Made by a program: the position numbers and the translations under genes. From Pedosphaera sp. (GTDB lineage: Bacteria; Verrucomicrobiota; Verrucomicrobiia; Limisphaerales; SIBE01): 50,961 nt of DNA. Shown piece after piece: positions 50,101-50,961 of this stretch. The stretch covers positions 1 through 50,961 of the forward strand of contig SIBE01000002.1 of the NCBI GenBank assembly GCA_009695265.1, written 5' to 3'. The notes below the pieces were generated by a model. It was not told the DNA's origin and ran no database searches. It was given only the letters and a program-made list of their open reading frames with translations. Numbering within the stretch: the stretch's first letter is position 1; every line of letters starts with the position of its first letter.

Positions 50101-50824
50101 AGGGCAGGAACCCTGGCTGTCCGGCAACAGGCGCAACATTGCGAACGGTGACCGTCGCGGTTCCGGGAAGTCCAGGCAGGGTGTCATCATCCACGATCGT
50201 GGCAGTGATAGTGTATGTGTCCTGCGGGGTGCCGGTCGGATCATCGTCTCGATAAAGATGGACCGTGGAGAAACTGCCTCCTACGCCCGTGAAGGATTGT
50301 TTTCCTTCGGCACCACCCCAATCGATTTCGACATCGAAGGTATCCGGCTTACCCGGATCATCGATGTTCACGGTCAGACGTACTGTGCCTCCCTCATCGA
50401 TGACGGGATCGAGGGGAGTAAGCGTGATCGTGGGGGCGACGTCTTTGACCGTGAGGAGCATCGCCGCCTCCACGGAGTCACTGCCATCGTTGATCGTGAT
50501 GGTCACGTTTTTCTGATCTTCCGCAGTACCGGTGGGATCGTCGTCGGGATAGGGATGAGTTTCGTCGATGGTGCGTCCCCCCTTGGGCACGCTCACCGTC
50601 ATGGGAGGGCCATCACCCCAGTCGATGATCGCGGTGTGAAGATCATCGGCATCCAAATCTTCGAAGGTCACTTCAAGCCGCGCCTTCTGGCCTTCGTCGA
50701 TGACCGACGGCAGTTGCTTGGCGGTGATTTTCGGCGGCGAGTTGATGACAGGAATCACCAGGCTGAAGATGTTCGACTCTCCTGTGTCGTCATCTTTGAC
50801 CAAGATCTTCGCAGTATCAGAAAT
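47165..50824 (-). CDS. 5'-truncated large surface protein with PKD-like repeats, a propeller-like region, an Ig-like domain and a C-terminal dockerin-like Ca-binding pair
   Basis: Repeats IDWGDG...HxYxDDDPTGT...I.DDD, LDDASDSGVKGDDLTN, QRSMVKSVEIVFSEDV, and GDLDADRDVDALDL / DFNSDGEVGDADL. The ORF begins mid-repeat with no signal peptide and has an in-frame TGA at 50948-50950. Confidence 0.75.
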   Translation of the reverse strand: MSDTAKILVKDDDTGESNIFSLVIPVINSPPKITAKQLPSVIDEGQKARLEVTFEDLDADDLHTAIIDWGDGPPMTVSVPKGGRTIDETHPYPDDDPTGTAEDQKNVTITINDGSDSVEAAMLLTVKDVAPTITLTPLDPVIDEGGTVRLTVNIDDPGKPDTFDVEIDWGGAEGKQSFTGVGGSFSTVHLYRDDDPTGTPQDTYTITATIVDDDTLPGLPGTATVTVRNVAPVAGQPGFLPSGVINENESVVLRGSFTDVGALDTFKVTIQWPDGLEVISLGVGERSYVSSLRRFPDDGPSPGDGIPRNVYPISVTITDDDAGSGNSTTSLTVANLDPTVAITASSNPVKIREPVVFTATWTDPSPLETMDHFEWAFGDGTTSRTNDPTVTHSYETESPSYIASVIAVDDDTGRSKPSSVSVRVTKSDEPVPPPSIPYYDVAFDAASGVLFFATETSIIRIKDATRQPDPDPARFGFRLPPQVSTSTHTGLFFLTDAITLGGKSVPAGSLLVINGDQSRDKVFAISATDGTILASLELTQDYEAVGIVFHKPSSHLFLLTSADEFIQVIDPVTQQLTSRLLPKHVVEIDPKTGSELRRFDVPLPLRFSSGGIAINPTSGNLVVAADTTKLLYELDLVGNLVRSFDTAELGLDNELSGLVFTTNQRVVFSSTLGFWPTFLIPELSVTAQLQTISPPTNTIEAKQTPRSELPASLSRSTVLLQVSTLIPSERNPALTDRVPATPLKSSPVQQSSVSASRPVALAGIASQPSILNGAFNNPDVQQPGFGWTVRGDVKVVNGAAVLTEGSETFANLRQRFVVPRGNSSLKFTIRSATFEGNVLNPPDAFEVALYDPNSGERLIGRAVGLAKTDASFSLQSNKTVFFAREATVPGLASSGGTLSLDGQVTVTLSLASVTAGALAEISFELIGFSASTSVVVIDDVQFVTGPPAQFSLDDASDSGVKGDDLTNIPVVGLAGITVPGVDVLLDVDGDGFDDGSVSSDTKGSFTFGQVKLNAGGNTLRVQVWSPEGVTIVERTVSLDRLAPKVTGWILNGGEIQRSMVKSVEIVFSEDVSASLKVQDLVIRNLTTGADVPAADMVLNYDKAANRATWTFPALTGGSLADGNYRATLRADGIFDAASNPVAVFAADPQRSNSFEFFRYYGDLDADRDVDALDLYSFSRAIRKRAGELGFVASLDFNSDGEVGDADLASYRKHYLTRLP

Positions 50825-50961
50825 CCTGACTTGTAGGGAGAAAAGGAAAGGGGTTCGTGGAAGAAGGAAGAGCCTGAGGTGCGGGGGATGAGCTGGAAGC
50901 GGATGGCTTGCTTGAGATGAAATTGGGCACAAAGATCGGGCTATGCCTCAAGCGCAGTTGC

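Noticed and set aside
1-50961. CRISPR array, rRNA, or defence/phage genes
   Set aside because: No regularly spaced repeats, rRNA-like sequence or such protein motifs were seen by eye; very degenerate arrays could have been missed.

Overview
Bacterial core-genome window, most likely Verrucomicrobiota. This is inferred from a PVC-type CxxCH protein, a CotH/lamin-tail surface protein and an EF-Tu with the KGGTVRD switch I. From left to right it holds: a frameshifted small gene, a large secreted CotH-kinase/lamin-tail protein, a gamma-glutamyltransferase interrupted by a 127-bp MITE-like element with a TA duplication, and a hypothetical gene. The minus strand then carries tRNA-Thr, tuf, tRNA-Trp, tRNA-Ser, secE, nusG, rplKAJL, rpoBC, rpsLG, fusA, rpsJ and rplCDW, which stops at a terminator after rplW with no rplB. 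Upstream of it lies a complete alternative complex III operon (actABCDEF plus an actG-like gene). That operon continues into a CcoN-like protein lacking five of the six canonical metal-binding histidines, a CcoO-like cytochrome and another membrane cytochrome c. The right end has a lone glcF-like gene, a ThuA/PVC-type heme protein, YceI, a dienelactone hydrolase, small membrane proteins and a 5'-truncated PKD/dockerin-like surface protein. The strongest leads are the ACIII plus 'pseudo-oxidase' module, the MITE in ggt, a structured L10-leader-like RNA placed between rplJ and rplL, and the split S10 operon. No CRISPR array or rRNA was seen. All family calls come from motif recognition by eye, not database searches.
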